Positions 63,561 to 64,000 of a stretch of 64,000 nucleotides of DNA are shown in pieces. How positions within the stretch are numbered: the first letter of the stretch is position 1; each line of letters starts with the position of its first letter. This DNA comes from Octopus sinensis. Its lineage: Eukaryota. A model generated the notes under the pieces. It saw only the letters and a program-made list of their open reading frames with translations, ran no database searches and was not told where the DNA came from. The stretch spans positions 136,834,001-136,898,000 of the forward strand of contig NC_042998.1 of NCBI RefSeq assembly GCF_006345805.1, given 5' to 3'. A program made the position numbers and the translations under genes.

Positions 63561-64000
63561 TTACGAATGAACCTATGTATGTTGCGTGAGTGCTATATGT
63601 GGCATTGGCGTATCCTTAACTTCTACGTGTATTTCCTATTTAGTATGGATAATATTTCATTTATGAGGGTGTACTCTTGTATTTGTCTCTTGGGTTTTTG
63701 TACAAAATACGAGTGTCAATTCGGTCCAGCGAGCCACCATGTTGGTCTTTGGTATGTTGATAGAGTATGGACGATTGTTTCTTGTCAGTATACTCGCTCT
63801 AGTACCCGTTTAGCCACTCCATTATACCCTAGAATTCCTCTCAATATATACCGTGTTTCTGTCCTTACAGACTCTTTTCAAGCACCTTATGCTGTAAACT
63901 ACGTTCCTAGTTTTACAGTTAATATTGGGTTTAAATTTACATACTACATAGTTCTCATTAGTGCATATGGTATTTTCGAAGGGGTGTGTTCTATATAATT

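Noticed and set aside
63549-63998. 149-aa ORF at the window end
   Set aside because: Non-ATG start, no recognisable domain, begins in microsatellite; cannot be supported.

Overview
AT-rich, microsatellite-dense eukaryotic DNA. The SINE families, Penelope-like elements, Helitrons and C2H2 zinc-finger exon suggest an octopus/cephalopod genome (inference). Most of the window is mobile DNA: tRNA-derived SINEs, a decayed Penelope-like element (RT + GIY-YIG), RLE-type, CR1/L2-type and RTE LINE remnants, Helitrons, pogo/Tigger and mariner remnants, a solo LTR and a foldback/MITE. Likely host genes are a 4-finger C2H2 ZNF exon (44719-45093, +) and a small secreted prepropeptide (60203-60463, -) that would yield a cationic, disulfide-looped, amidated 28-mer. 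The main signal is a set of at least five apparently unrelated non-coding elements at 1.8-2.95, 19.2-20.9, 21.0-24.0, 34.4-35.5 and 35.6-35.8 kb, with a probable sixth at 15.8-16.3 kb. Each sits in a (TA)n tract, is built of tandem and/or inverted units, and carries a type I hammerhead ribozyme motif. All share one polarity, with ribozyme-sense arms pointing outward from a central inversion junction. This looks like a retrozyme/circular-RNA-like system mobilised by Penelope-like RT. All structures were read by eye; no folding, alignment or database search was run, and boundaries of decayed elements are approximate.
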